64,000 bases of DNA from Epiperipatus broadwayi (GCA_028023455.1 JAQFVV010000006.1:10850001-10914000), one strand, 5' to 3'; shown: positions 37,353 through 51,800, counted from the first letter of the stretch. Translations and numbers: made by a program. Notes: generated from the letters alone by a model not told the origin.

Positions 37353-38469
37353 ACGTACGTTTTAATACTTCGTTAAAATTAAGCTTTTGGAGTAACATAA
37401 AATACTGAGATAGGGGAGGGGGGGCTTAGAAAATTTACTACGAACTTGTAGATTTTTTTCGCTAAAGCTATGACAGCCCATCAACAGAATTTTTCAGTAT
37501 TGTACACAAACTTGACCGAAATAAAAACAAGTATATATAATGAGAACCGTAAGTCTGGATATGTGAATAATTTGACTATTCTCTTATTTGTAAATTAATG
37601 GCATCTCCTCTCCCCCTCCTCATTATGAATTCTCAATTTCTATTTAAAAACTTATTTATACATGAAATTAAAAATCATGACAGAAAAGAGAACTTGAATC
37701 GTTTGAATGGATAATAAATGGTTAGTAATACATGAGCAGTTCTATCAATCCTATTCGAGAGTCATCTATTGTTAGCTTTATTAATTCGTTGAGCAGATGA
37801 AGAGAATACTTTTAGATGCATATTAAACCACTAAGCATCATATGATTACCATTCTCTATGCTTAAGATGTCAAATAGATGTAAAACTCTCCATACAGTAA
37901 AGCCACCAATGTAAACCAGAGTAATAATGGATGAAGAAAGTTGTGATATCAAATTAGATAGTATTTGTTAAGTAAGCTGAATAAAAGTTATTAATTAATG
38001 TGATTACATACGTACTCCGAGATGAACAAAATGTTCTACCAATCATAAAATTTATTAAGTTTAATTTTAATATTTTTACTTTTTTGCTTTTTTTTGGATA
38101 CCATGTAAATGCAGTAGTGTGTGTGTGTGTATATATGGAGAGAGGGGGGGATATATATATCATGACTATTTAAATACGTAACAAGGATTAGAATAAATGA
38201 CCACTTATATCCAATTGTACATCCATAAATAATAATTTTGGTGAATATGAATCTATTGGAATCAATATTTCTAACCTGCTAATGAAAATAATTCAGCATT
38301 CGATTGCATGGGAGATCAATTGATGTTTGATTGGCAAAGTAGAAAAATTTATTTATTTTGATCAAGATATTTATTTTTACTTCTCTGAGCTGGAAATTGA
38401 TGCAGACACCTTTAATTCTAATTAAATCACCTAAGACAATTGCCATTTCAAGTTTTCACCCTCTCTGGG

Positions 38470-39420
38470 CCACTTATTGTAAATAATAATAGATGCCAGG
38501 TGAAAGTGATTATTAAGTTCTTATCCTATGCTCTCCTATCCAATATCCTCAGAGATTTTCATCGATGAGGAATTTTGAATCTTCAATCAATGCACATGGA
38601 CTTTTAGAATCTAATGCACCCTCCTTCTAGCACCTATCATTTACTTTTCTGTTTCACTATCAAGATATCAGCCCAAATTGAAAAATGTAAGTGTTTTCAA
38701 TGTAAGCCAGCTTCCTTGCATGGTCATATAGATTTGAAACCAGTTCAGTTTCTATATATTATGATGTCTCCAATTTTCTAATAACTATTTGATATAAACC
38801 AATAAAATATCATGTGACTCTCACAGAATTTTAACGTAAAACAGGCAAAACTCTCCATACAGTAGTACAACTCAGTGCAAGCCAGTAATCAATGAATGCA
38901 AGAAGGCTTGTATTGCGTAGTACTACTATATGGAGTGTTTTGCCTGTTTTAACAGCTTGAGCAAGTATAAGAAATGGTGATCATGTGATGTTTAGGATTT
39001 TAACTTACATATTGCTGCTCCAGCAGCTTAATTTTTACCATCTTTATGCCACTTGCTGTAAACTTTAGTAACGCAATATGTAAGCTAATGTCATGTGATG
39101 GTGATGTTTAATTGGTTTATATCAAATCCTGGCCACAGGATATTAGTGCTTATGGTTTTAGATCTATATTACTAGCCAAGAAAATTAGCTTAGATTGAAA
39201 ACATCTATGTTTTTTTAACTTAGTCTGATATCTTGATAGTATAACAAGAGATAAATGATAGGTGCTGGGAAAATGGTGCATTAGATTCGAAGGATCCAAA
39301 TTCATTGATCCAAGACAAAGCACCTCATTGATTAAAGCCATAAGATTGAACTATGCTGAGGATACTACACAGGATAAGAATTTGGATAAATACTATCATC
39401 TGGCATCTATTACCACTTAC
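38470..39420. mobile_element. Older family A (subfamily A2) foldback, about 950 bp, with decayed hammerheads
   Basis: Inverted matches gatataaaccaat/attggtttatatc, ctatcaagatatcag/ctgatatcttgatag and gcacctatcattta/taaatgataggtgc. Decayed core TTGATTA AAGCCATAAGATT GAAC near 39327. Confidence 0.65.
38839..38996. mobile_element. Family A very short foldback nested at the centre of the older foldback
   Basis: About 110-bp palindrome with a right-only extension. TSD attttaac(g/t)ta at 38828-38838 and 38997-39007. Confidence 0.8.
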
Positions 39421-39645
39421 GAAATACCATACCTAAATACTATACCATGCATAAGCTAAAGTCGTGTAATGAAATCAGGTGATATTTTATTGGTTTGAAG
39501 AAAATTTGGATAAATACTATCATCTGGCATCTATTACCACTTATGATATACCATACCTAAATACCATATTGAAATACCATGCCATACATAAGCTAACATC
39601 GTGTAATGAAATCAGGCGATATTTTATTGGTTTGAAGAATTTTTA
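39379..39645 (+). repeat. Tandem duplication (about 125-140 bp) of the family A2 3' region
   Basis: aatttggataaatactatcatctggcatctattaccactta occurs at about 39379 and 39503. Confidence 0.8.
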
Positions 39646-40050
39646 AGAATATGTTTTAACTGCTTGCAAAATTTCCTATTAAATAAATTTCTTTTGATCC
39701 AAACCCTTTTCCACCCATAGCTTTGCCTTTTTTGGAATGATCAAAAGACTACAAATGTTTTGCTCCAGTACAAAATTTTTGGCACAAAAAATCAAATGAT
39801 TTGGGCTCAGGAATTTATATAATATTCATGGTCTTTGAGCTCCAGAATTTACCATTTTTCCATTTCGCCAATCCATAATAGCCATTTTTGACCATTCTGC
39901 CAGTCATTTCAAATATGATCCCTTTACATTTTTTAATTGTATATTTAAATAAAACTTTAGAAATCAGTTCTTGGTATACTGTGAAGAAGTATAAACATAA
40001 CATATATTGATGCTGAAAATTAGATTAATACAACCAAGTTAATATAAGGA

Positions 40051-40297
40051 AATAATATTTCAAACCAAGCCCTATCCACATTAAGAACAATAATCCTTTC
40101 TATTACTCTACTACAGAGCCATCTATTGACAATATAAATAAACTAAAAATGAAGTGGGGGAATCGTATGACTCTTTCTTTAGATAAGTAATATTTCCATA
40201 CCAAGCTCTATCCATATTAAAAGCAATAATCCTTTCTATTATTCTACTACAGAGCCATCTATTAAAAGTATAATTAAACTATAAATATGAAGTGGGA
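40051..40297. repeat. About 135-bp tandem duplication
   Basis: caataatcctttctatta.tctactacagagccatctatt occurs twice. Confidence 0.85.
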
Positions 40298-40853
40298 TAA
40301 ATCATTTGCATATTGTTTGGAATAGTATTACTTAATTACGCTTGATATATTGCACATTTTCATTTAATATTATTTCAATCTTAATAAAATTTAATAGACC
40401 TATTGATGAATAATTATTTTTCAGAATAATATCTTGGATATAAGTCCAAAGTATAACATTCACTCTTACACAAAATCATCCCTTCAATGTAGTAGTTGTT
40501 TTTATAAATGCATTTTCTTTCCATATGAATTAGATTATTTTTATTTCAGAAATAAAGGCATGAAATAAATAGGAGTTTCATTTATTAATAATTCTAAAAT
40601 TAAATATTATTATATCTTTATTTTCCCATATTTCTAATTAAACTCACTGAAATTTTAATTACTGGTTATCGATTTATTGTTTTTAAACATTTTATTGGAA
40701 TATTTCACTTGAACAACAGAGTCCTAATATTAATTATCCAAATCTCCCTTACATATTTTGAGCAAAACTTGGCAGAACAATATTTTTCTTAGTTGTATAC
40801 TATTTTAGAATGATATAAAATATATAAATTATAAATTCATCTACATAAAACTA

Positions 40854-40950
40854 TTGGTGGTCGAGAGGTCAGTGACGGCTGCTTTACAAGCAGTTGTTTC
40901 GGGTTAGCGAGTTCACTTCCCGGCTGATGCTATGACACATGTGAAAAAAA
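40854..40950 (+). mobile_element. tRNA-Gly-derived SINE (short subtype) with 15-bp TSD
   Basis: Flanked by atctacataaaacta at 40839-40853 and 40951-40965, with an A tail. Confidence 0.9.
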
Positions 40951-41910
40951 ATCTACATAAAACTAAATCTGCCCTCAAACACTAGTTGTAATAACTATAT
41001 TTTTATAAGCTATGTATTATATGTCACTTGTGTTCTTTTTTATCTCCTGAATATATAGTTGTATATAATTTATTTTTAATAAAGTTTATTTTATATATAT
41101 AAAAAAAGGTTTTATTCAAAGAATAAAATATTTCAACATATGTATTACATAAAACATTTAAAAACAATATTCAGGAGGAAAAATTATTCTTATTTTAAAT
41201 AAAAATTTTAAAAAAAAAAATTTTTTTTTATTATTTTAAATATAAAAAAAAGACCTTTAGTTTAATAGATAAAAGTAGATATTTTTTCTTTAAATAAATC
41301 AAAAATCTGATTAAAGCCTATTGAAATGTAAGAATTTGTACATTTAATATTTTAAAAGAAAATTTATCTGCTCTTTTAACTAAAAAAGGAAATTCCATGG
41401 ATTACGAAAATTAAAAAAATAACATAACTTTAAACATGCAAAAGTAATTATAAAGTTAGTTAGTGAAAAAATTTGTTTGTACAAATAATCGTTAAACATT
41501 TAATTAGAGATCTAATTATATATCAAATATTTTGTAAATTATTTGATCAGAAGAAATTATGTTTATTAGAAATTAGTATTTCCAACTGATTAGATAATAA
41601 GTTTAATCAATGTATAATTAAGAAAAGAGAAGATTAACCAAAATAATTTGAAAAACTAATTAATAATATGGATGGTCTCAGACAAAGGATGGCAAAGGTG
41701 TAAAAGATACAAATTTTCTATTGTTCTTTATTCTGGTGAATTCTGCTGAGAAGAATTATGATTTTGTCAAGTTTTCTGTTAAGAGTTTTCCATCCAGTTT
41801 GCTATCAGTTCAGACATGTTCTATACTCACTCTACTGTCAGTGGGCCATACAAAGTGCCCAGTGCATCAACTGGAAATGTATAGCTCTATATAAACCACT
41901 GAAGGGTGTT

Positions 41911-42010
41911 TTTTTCATGTGCCATCGCATCAGCTGGAAAGTGAACCCGCTAACCTGGGACAACTGCTTGCAAGACAGTTGTGCTGACCTGTCGACCACC
42001 AATGCTTGAC
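41911..42010 (-). mobile_element. tRNA-Gly-derived SINE (short subtype) with 8-bp TSD
   Basis: Flanked by agggtgtt at 41903-41910 and 42011-42018. Confidence 0.85.
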
Positions 42011-43169
42011 AGGGTGTTCAATGTTCACTGCCCAGTTTCTTCTACATTTGACTTCCTGACATGTAGTAAATATCATTGAACCACCATTGCTGAGATACCT
42101 ATCCATAACTATTGAACTTACTGCCAAATGAGACCCAAACTATGTCCTGCCCCAGAAAAATAGGAGTAACTTGCTGCCAAAAGAGAGTAGGAACACCTGC
42201 TAATAAACTCCATCAACATTCAAGAAGATGGGAGTGCACTCCAGAAACAAAGTTAGAACAAAAGTCTAGGTAAATGATAAATTGACAAACTTTTTTTTCA
42301 AACTTTATAAACTAAAAGTAATTGGGTTTTTTACCTGTATTTTATGGATTAATTCCTAGCAATGAATTCTATAATTAATGTGATATAATTTACTTTCATT
42401 TTAATTATTGTGTTAATGTTTTTAGTGTATAAATAAACATGTTATTTTCAATTTGTTAATTTTGGCTTAGTTCTCTATTCATACCTCATCACATAACATT
42501 TAATTACAATATACTACTATTAAGTTAATTTAGACTTAATTATATTTGTGCATTTCGACTATAATTAATTTTTGCAGAAATTTTTATGCTTTTTAATAAC
42601 AATAATTTTTAAAAAAGGTAAATATTAAATGTGACTGCTTCATGCATCATTTTGTTTTAAATATTTATTGGAGGCCCATGAAACTGTATAATTAAAAAAC
42701 GTTTGCAAAGGTTGGTGGACAGGATAATGCACAAGTACCTATTCTACTATTGGTGCATATTATATGCTACTATAACATTAATATAAAAGTTTAGAAAAAA
42801 TGATAATGAAAAGCAATATTTGTATTGTCTCAGGTCTGCATAGAGTAACTTTGGGAGTCACAAGTAGTTTATGAGTCACAGTTTGTTGGTTGCCTGGGTA
42901 CCTATTTCTGAAAATTTGTGGTAACAGCACTTATCTAGTTGGATTATTAACTATTTTTTATAAAACTTCAAACTTTATTTGTCTTTTCAAATACATTTAA
43001 CTCATGTTAACAAAATTGGTTCTTTAAACTGTGTTTAACTGCTAATAATAAACATAGGCTATTCTAAAAAAATAGCATATAGCTATTCAAATGGGTGATA
43101 GAAAGAGTCCAAATGTTCAGTTGTGTCATGTATCTTATTTATTAATAGTTATATATATATATATATATA

Positions 43170-43485
43170 TAATAACCCCAGTGCATAACACTATACTGAA
43201 ATAAATATATAAATATTAAACATTAAATCACCCCACATGGTTAAAAAATCCAGTACTGCCCTCTGTGAACTAATATATAAATACATTAGAGTTTGTATTT
43301 CAAAATAGCCAGATGATTTATGGTTAAGAAATCCAGTACTCCTCTGTGAACTAATATATATAATATCAAAATGATCTGGTTATTTTGAAATACGAACTCT
43401 AATGTATTTATATATTAGTTCCCAGAGAGCAGTACTGGATTTCTTAACCATGTGGGGTGATTTAATGTTTAATATATATATTTAT
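43170..43485. repeat. Inverted plus partial-tandem repeat (family E)
   Basis: About 43205-43310 is the reverse complement of about 43375-43480. A partial direct copy lies at about 43320-43365. No ribozyme core is visible. Confidence 0.8.
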
Positions 43486-43585
43486 TTAAAAATATATAAC
43501 TTTAGAAATATTTTTTTAATTTTTCTAAAAATAATAATAATTCATCTAGATAATTGAAATAGTCTAACATATAAATATCAATATA

Positions 43586-44989
43586 CAGGTAGTCCCCTAG
43601 TTATAAACACTAGAGTTATAAACATTTTGCTATTACATAATCACTTTTGGACTTTAGATCTTTATCTTTGCACATACTTTCATGTATAATTAATGCTATA
43701 TACTGTAGAAAGAATTAGGTATTCAAAATTGTACAATATTTTAGTACTTTAATTAATAATTAATGCTACAAATTCACAATATCTGATTTAAAAAAAACTA
43801 TTTACATACATTAGTAATTGAATTTTTTTCTAAAGTAAGATAAACTTTGGAATTTCGAAAATAATTAAAAGTATATTTTAAAGAACAATAAGAACTTATA
43901 TACTGTATAATACAATAAATCTTCCCATCTCTCTGACTAATTACTTTTATTTTTAGTATCGTCATAGACTGTCTTGAACAGATCATCTTGATTTGCGCTT
44001 GTTTTTAAAATTAGTTTGTGCAAGATTACGTTATATATACACTGTGTATATTTCTGTTTTGATGTTTTTTTTTATTCTTATTAATTAAAAATATGAATGA
44101 GAAACAAAAAACAGCAGTGTTGATACAACCAAAAAGAAATCAAGTCTCATAAACCCCAAATGGTTGAGACAAAAATGGATATAATTAGACATTCTAAAAA
44201 TAGTAAATCTTTTGCTTCAAACACATGTTCATGTAATTTAAACTGATTGAATGTATATACAATTGTGAAAAACAAGAACAAAATTAAAGAATATATTAAA
44301 ATTTGTGGAAATATTTCTTCAAAGATTGTTGCAAAAAAATATTGTAGAGTAATGGATGAAATAGAGAAATATTTGGCTTTATGGATTGAAGATCAACATC
44401 AAAAAGACATCCCAGTGAGTTCAACAATTATTCAAGCTAAGGCTCTTAGTTTGCATGTAGATTGAAAGAAAGAATTAAAAGAAGACTCTGGTGTTGAATT
44501 TGTAACAAGCAATGTCACTGATGAAGATATTGATGAGTTAATGCAATCTCATTCAGAAACTGTTAAATGAAGACTTAATTAAACTACAAGAGAAGAATGA
44601 AATACAAAATGAAGAAGAACTTGATAATAAACTTATTGTTAAGAGTTTGACAATCAAGAATATGAATAAAGCCTTCATGTATTTTGACAAATTTTTGACC
44701 GTCATGGAAAAATGTGATCCCAATGGAGAATGTATATCTCATGTATGAAGGGCAATAGAAAAAGACACACAATGTTACAGAATTCTTTATCAAGAGAAGA
44801 AAAAGAACACAATTCAATTAACTCTTGATAAATTGGTAAACAAAACTCCAGATACTAATCAATAAGAAATAAATACTGTATTTTGAAAACTATTTTTTAT
44901 GCTTTTTTTAAAGACCTCTATTTTCAAACAATTTCAGCTTCCAATCACATGTCAGGAATCAATTAAGTACGTAACTAGGGGACTGCCTG
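43586..44989 (+). mobile_element. Internally deleted Tigger/pogo-family DNA transposon
   Basis: TIRs CAGGTAGTCCCCTAGTTA / TAACTAGGGGACTGCCTG with TA target duplication. CENP-B-type HTH remnant (EKYLALWIEDQHQKDIPVSSTIIQAKALSL) is joined directly to a C-terminal DEDIDELMQSHSE segment, so the DDE core is missing. Confidence 0.9.
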
Positions 44990-45254
44990 TATATAACAGT
45001 TCTAAATTATAATAATGGAAATAATAATAACAGTAGAAGTATTTTCGATTACATTATAACTGAAGTCAGGCGAAATTTCATATAATTTTCAAATAACTAC
45101 ATCATCAGTGATCATCGTTTCCTATGCTTATGCAAGCCGTTAATTAATAGCTTAGAAAATGGTGGTCATGTGATGTTTTAGTGGCTTTATACCAGTCCTG
45201 ACCAAAAGATTGCGATGACTTACAATTTTAAAAAAAAACCAAAGACACCATAAT

Positions 45255-45590
45255 GTGTAGATATTGAACTGGGTTCAGATCTATATGATTAGACAGAAAT
45301 GTGCTTGCATTGAAAACATTGTTGGGTTTTGCTATTGGGCTTATAAATTTATAGTTAACTAAAAGAGGTAAAAAGAGGGCTGGTAGCAGGTTGCATTAGA
45401 TTCTAAGATCTGGGTTCAGTGCTCCCAGATCCAAGGTTCCTCTTGGATGAAGGTCACGAGGTAGAAACTAGTCTGGGTATATTGGATAATTAGGCACTAG
45501 ATAGGCATATTATGTAGAAACTTTCATGCATTCATTGATTACTAAGGCTTGCACTGGATGGCATTACTGTATGGAGAGTTTCCCACTGCA
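45255..45590 (+). mobile_element. Family A single arm with decayed hammerhead (about 45437-45480)
   Basis: TGGATGA AGGTCACGAGGTA GAAACTAGTC TGGG, with the terminal actgtatggagagttt. Confidence 0.75.
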
Positions 45591-48500
45591 GTAGCTATGT
45601 ATTGTAAATTGAAATTTTAAGGTAAACAATATTTAATTTTTTTTTCTGTTGGGTATTAAGTAATAATGGGTATTAGTGTTTATTATTTACTGTTATTATA
45701 ATTTTAAACTGTTGTATATAGTATAAATAGTCCCTTTTCTTTCATTGAACCTGAAAACGCCCTTTATTCTGCAGAAAGTTATTTATTAAAAAGGGTGTTT
45801 TATAATAAAAGATAAAACAACCTTTCAATATCCCATTACAGGATCTCACAGAAGAAGGCATTACTCATTAAGTTTGTTAATTGCTGACTGATAATGATTC
45901 GTATTCCATATTTATTATATTCTTTAGCTAAAAATATTTAGATAACCACTTTTTGACCAATGTTGGATGATTAACTGAATTGGCTCTGAATTATCTATCT
46001 AAAGAAAAAATCTCTATTCTGTTAGGCAAATCCAATTTTACTTAGCCTGAATTTGAATCCAAGTGAAAGACATGGCTAGCAATAGTGCTATCGTTTCACC
46101 ACAATAATTGTACAGTGAAGCCCAAATTTACATTGTATCAGTATACACTACTTCAATAATAAGTTATTCAGAAAATTGTAAATAAACAATAACAACTGTA
46201 ACATGCACAAGTTTAATAAATTGTGACAGCAACCATTTTGTCCTCTTAGAGCTGTAAATGATCATATTTATTAATAACATTTCCTTGGCTAATGCACACA
46301 ATAAATATATTTGTACATTTATTCCCCCTCCCAATTTATTATCAATAACTAAATTTTAAAAAAATTTGCTTATACTATAATCTTATGTATGTATACTGTA
46401 CATATAAAAATGGCAGCTGTATTATATATATTGTAACGATCGAAAAGAAAGTGAAGATCGAATCTAACCGCAAACTACGATATCTGCTCTACAGGGCGCC
46501 ATCTAGGCATTTAAACCTAGAAAAATTTATAGAGTAGGCAGATACGTGCTGTTAAGATTCCACTTTATTTAAATATTTAGATCGTTAGCCCAAGTCGCTA
46601 GCTTAGTGGAACAGCAGAGATTATAAAATATAACTTTATATCTCAAATATAAAAAAAATAAAAGCCACTGCCAGAAATTAACACATAAAAATATTTATTT
46701 ACACACATATAAAATCATTCTAATTTGAGGAATAAGTTTAACATTTTAGATGTTTATATTAATCTTTAATTTTACATTTAAATAGATTTCAATAATGAGT
46801 TTAATATTTATTTAGTGAGTTGAGTATGAATAGATTATATAGATTGTATTTGAAAAGAAAATATTCTATCCCTTATTTAACCTTAGGCCAAAAAGTTCGC
46901 AGTCAAACTGGCGTCAATCCATCTGATACATTTATGTATTCAATGTAGCATGAAAATACGACAACACAAAATACTATACTGTCAGGAATGTACATCTGAA
47001 CAGTAAGTAGAGTTAGAGAAGACATTGTCTCTCCACCAACAGAAATGCTACATCTGTTGGCAAGTAAAACAATAAACATAAAACTCCATAGGAATGGATT
47101 GCGGTCCTTTGCCATCTTACAAACCCATCCATAGGCAAACAGAAGGTGTGTGGTGTATATATGCAATCCTGCCCATAGCGGATTTCATACTACATCTACT
47201 AATTACACAAATATATCCAATCCATTGAGCCAATTCAACTATGAAACGAATAACCTAAGATTACTGTCCCTTAATATAACTTTACAAAACTATATAGCCA
47301 TTCATACCCGACTTAAATTTAACATTTAAATACATTCGCACAGATGAATTTTATAAAATTTGTTTTAAAATGTTGAGTATAGATCGGCTGCACAGATTCC
47401 ATGGTTAAAAACATTTCAAAATAAACATAACCGATCAAAATACAAAGTCATCGATAATGTCAATTACATAGGGAATACAAATAAAAAACCCAATGGTGTT
47501 CATCATAAGACACTGCAGTGACATGATGACTTATATATTCCAATCGACTATGAAACAGCAACATAATTAACCGCTAACGAATCCATGCAACGTCTATACC
47601 CAACTTTAAATTTCATGCATTTAAATAATTTATACGATAAGTATTAATACAATAAATAATTTATACAATAAGAAAAAAAATGGAAATGATGTTTATCAAC
47701 GCAAAACATATAAATTTAAACATTTTCAATTGATTTTAAACTTAAAAGTCAGATATAAGTTCATAAGCTTGAACGAAAGTTTTTAATTATTTTTAAATTT
47801 TAGAGTTCATGTCAATATAGCTGACGGCAGAAGAGTCCAGGTTCTTGTTTTTTAATTCCCGCGATGTCTCCTTTGGAAAATAATGTTCTGGAGGTAGCAT
47901 TAGCTGTTTCCATTCTGGTATCACAGTCTTTTCTTCTTTTTTTTTAAATAAGTGAGAGAGAACGACAAGTGCGTCTTGTCGTTCGTCTCCCCAAATCAAG
48001 TTCAAAAAACAAAAAAAACTGGAACTCAATATTTTTCTTTTTATAGTCCTCCTATGGATTCCATGAACAAAGATGTCACTGTTCCATTTTTTCGTTATGG
48101 TTCGGGCCTTTATTTGCTGATTCTATATTGGACAAGCTAATTCTTTATTCCTTATCTTATTTTGATCTGACTTTTTAATTACACAGCTTTTGGATACTTA
48201 ATGAACAATCATTTCCATTTACAAAAATATTTTATCTTTAAGTCTTGTACTTTTTTTATAAAAAAAAGTACGTTCAAATACTTATTTATTTGGTTTTTTT
48301 TTTAAAAATATTTTTAAAGTTTTGAATCTGTGCGAATATATATGTTTAACAAACATTTTAATTTTAGCGTTTAGTTGTTGTTTTTTTTTAATAGATTTTA
48401 TTTTTATTTGCGAACTTTAAGATTTTATTTTAAATTAATGTAACGACATATTTATATATCGTTACAATATATATATATGTACATGTTGAAAAGTACTTTA

Positions 48501-48709
48501 TATTTGTAGTTCAGTGAACAATATTTGTTCCATCATAATGTAATGGTCAGAAAGTACAGTTGTTTTAACCAGATCCAAAGATATAGCTAAAGGGTTCAAA
48601 CCACATTTTTAAATCATATTTAAGCAACTCACTCCTTAACCTCACAGTTAAATTTTCTCTATGTATACTTAATGATCAGGTAGAGGTAAGATTCTTAAGG
48701 AATTCTTAA

Positions 48710-48814
48710 CTAGGTTAGTGATCAGATTCAACATCAACTATAATGATGGACAACCACAACATGAATCCTAGCTAGGTTAGTGATCAGATTCAACATCAAC
48801 TATAATGATGGACA
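48710..48814. repeat. 62-bp-period tandem duplication
   Basis: ctaggttagtgatcagattcaacatcaactataatgatggaca at 48710 and 48772. Confidence 0.9.
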
Positions 48815-51800
48815 CACACGACATGTTAATATCATATACTACAATTTATTATTAGTCCAATATATAAATATATACATACAAAGAAATCATATCATATATC
48901 ATATGACCTAATTTAAGACAGTAGTAGAAACTGATCTGAGGTTGGGGATATTTTAAAAAGCTTGTTAAGAGCTATTTGCAAGCTCATTATATATATAAGG
49001 TTAGCTACAGCTCCCAATATTTAAACAAAAAAAACATTCTTACAAATTATTTGGAGTGATTGAGTTTCAATTCTGTAGAGTATGTGTATAATTGTCTTTG
49101 GTACGTACACATAGTAAGGTGAACAATTCCTTAAATAGTTAAACAAATTGATAGACAGCTTAACATAAAGTTAGCCTCATTTATGAAAAAAAAAGTTAAA
49201 CTATAATGGATACTGAACAATAAACCCACATAGCATCCCATACAGAGTATATATCCTTAGACATTATTATTACAAAATCGGGACTAAATGCAGTGCTTAG
49301 TGAAAGCATATATATTGTGCCCTTTTCTATAGGCCAGTAATAGTTCATAACAGTCAATTACTAAAAATTTTAAATTTTAGAATATGTTCTTTTAATACAT
49401 TAATTATAGTTTGTCGATTACATTTTTAAAGTACAATTTAAAGCTAAAGAAAATACGTAGTATATAAAATTATAGCGAATTATTTAAAAAGTAGTTAAGT
49501 AAAGTTTAAAATATTGTTTCATATGGTTGTAAAAGCTGGCCATATTAAATAACACAGCTATAAATATTAAAAGTATATTTAATAAATTCGATTTTAATAG
49601 TTTAAAACTGATAAGTTAATAAATACAGTGTTTAAATTTATAATCATATTTAATAATCAAAATTAATATAATATATTTTATAAATAAACTTTATGATGGT
49701 GAGAATTGTATTTAATTCTATATTTTTAAAATTATTCTTCCAAATTTTTTATAATTATTTTATATAATATAATAAGTGTATCAATTTTATAAATCTAGGC
49801 AGAGAAATAGATTAAAAATCGTCTGTCAAAGTTATTAATCATGTGACTTTTAATGTATACTTTCACACACACGCTTGTTTGAAATAATAACAAAGTTTAA
49901 AATATTTTAAAAGTTATATTATAGAATTGGATAGAATTATTGCCTATCATAAAAGCAAATAATAATAAATATTAAGTTAACTATCGTATGTAATGTTTTA
50001 AATAATGTAATAAAGACGAATACAGATATAATAAAAATTAAATATTTTATTTAAATAAAAATAGATAAATTGAATATTAAGAAATGGAATAAGTTATTAA
50101 ATGTTATTTTAAAAGTTATTTTAAAAGATTAAATAATTTAAATAAAGTTATAATTGAATTAAAAGTGGTATTTTAAATAATATTTTAAGTTCATTACGTC
50201 ATAATTTCTAATTTTGAAATTCAATTCTACTATAAACTAAAAATATGTAAATTTGTTCTCAAGCTAAAGTAAGAATTAACCAATAGAAATAGGTATTCTT
50301 ACAGACTATAAATATGAATTGCACGGGGGTATAGTGGGAGATTAATAATGTATTGAAACCGGAGAAAGTCAATTTTTTTTTGGTACTTTCTTATCGTTTA
50401 TTTTGCAAAAACTAATTGATAATTTTAAAGTGTTTTGCAAAAGAAAGTTTTAGAAAAAAATTATATATTTAGAAACTTCGTGGAGATGATTTTCTAATTT
50501 TTTAAAGTGATTACCAGTCGTATTTTATCTAAAAGTTTAACCTAAACTACGCAATAAAAAATGGATATACTACGAAATAAAATGGATATAAATTGTAATA
50601 CTGAAAAAATATTTGAAATATTTATTGATACAGCTTTATTTATGCATAACCGGAGAACTTTTTTGGTACATAAAAAAAAACCACAGCACATCATATGGAG
50701 TCTAATGAAAAAATTGGAGATGCATTATTATTTATAAGCCTATCCAAGATTTATTTTTTAACTAATAATAAGACAATTGTATATTGCACGAATTATTTTA
50801 TATAATATTATATCAAAAGGAGTAAAATGTTATATCTGTTCTGAAGGTAACATTTTTTTTATTTATTTTTTAAAGTGATATATAAAAATACCAAACGAAA
50901 GTTTAAATGTATCAAGAAGGAAATATATATAAAAAAGTGAATACATAGTTGAATAAAAAATGGATCCATGGAAATACAAATAGTACTTAAAAGTTCATCG
51001 AATATTTTAAAGTTAAATTAGATGGATTGATGCATCGGATACGCAGAGAATATTGGTAGAGAAGATTAAGAAGCTTCACAGGATTAATTAATATTATGAT
51101 TTAATAATTATCATCTTAAATACTAAAACCCAGGATTATTTTCTATAAATTTTATTAAATGGATTAATAATTATTTTTATTTTAAACTTTAACGTGCTTG
51201 GAGGAGAACATTTTTAAAAACTCTAGAGAAAATAATAAACATTTTGGACTTATCAGGAACTATCGTCAAGAAAATATGTAATTATAGTTTTGATTCCTTT
51301 TATTTTGTTAACCTAGTTTAAATCTAAATTTGTTTTATAAGATTAGGAAAACATAAAAACGTTAATTTATTAATATTAAAATTTTATAATATAACAATCT
51401 AATAATTTAGATAAGAATATTTTAAGATAAAGTGTATGGGTGTGAATTTTTTATATCTGCAATGCTCAAGTGGATAAAGGAAGCCTACTGAACACGATGA
51501 CTAGATAAAGGTTATTGGTAATAATAATAACTATTGATAATTTATAATGTATATTTTTTTTGTTTTCTTTAGATCATCCATAAATTGGAAGAATGAAGTG
51601 TAAAAGTTTTTTACTTATATGTACCGCATTTCATACAACATTTTAAAAAACATTATGAGATAGGATTGATTTGAAAATATGCATATGACAATTTTTTTTG
51701 ATTTTTTTTTTTTTATTAGTGATATAATCCAACATAACAAATAATTATGTGATTCTTTTAAAATTTTCATGTTAGGATATTCAAATATTGTCTAAGTAGA

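Noticed and set aside
46903-48140. ORFs 46903..47166, 47793..48029 and 47952..48140 as protein-coding exons
   Set aside because: No recognisable domain and no consistent splice-site chain; the Cys/His spacing seen in one plus frame is interrupted by stops.
50470-50500. GDD motif suggesting an endogenous RNA-virus RdRp
   Set aside because: A three-residue match with no identifiable motifs A or B and stops on both sides, as expected by chance.
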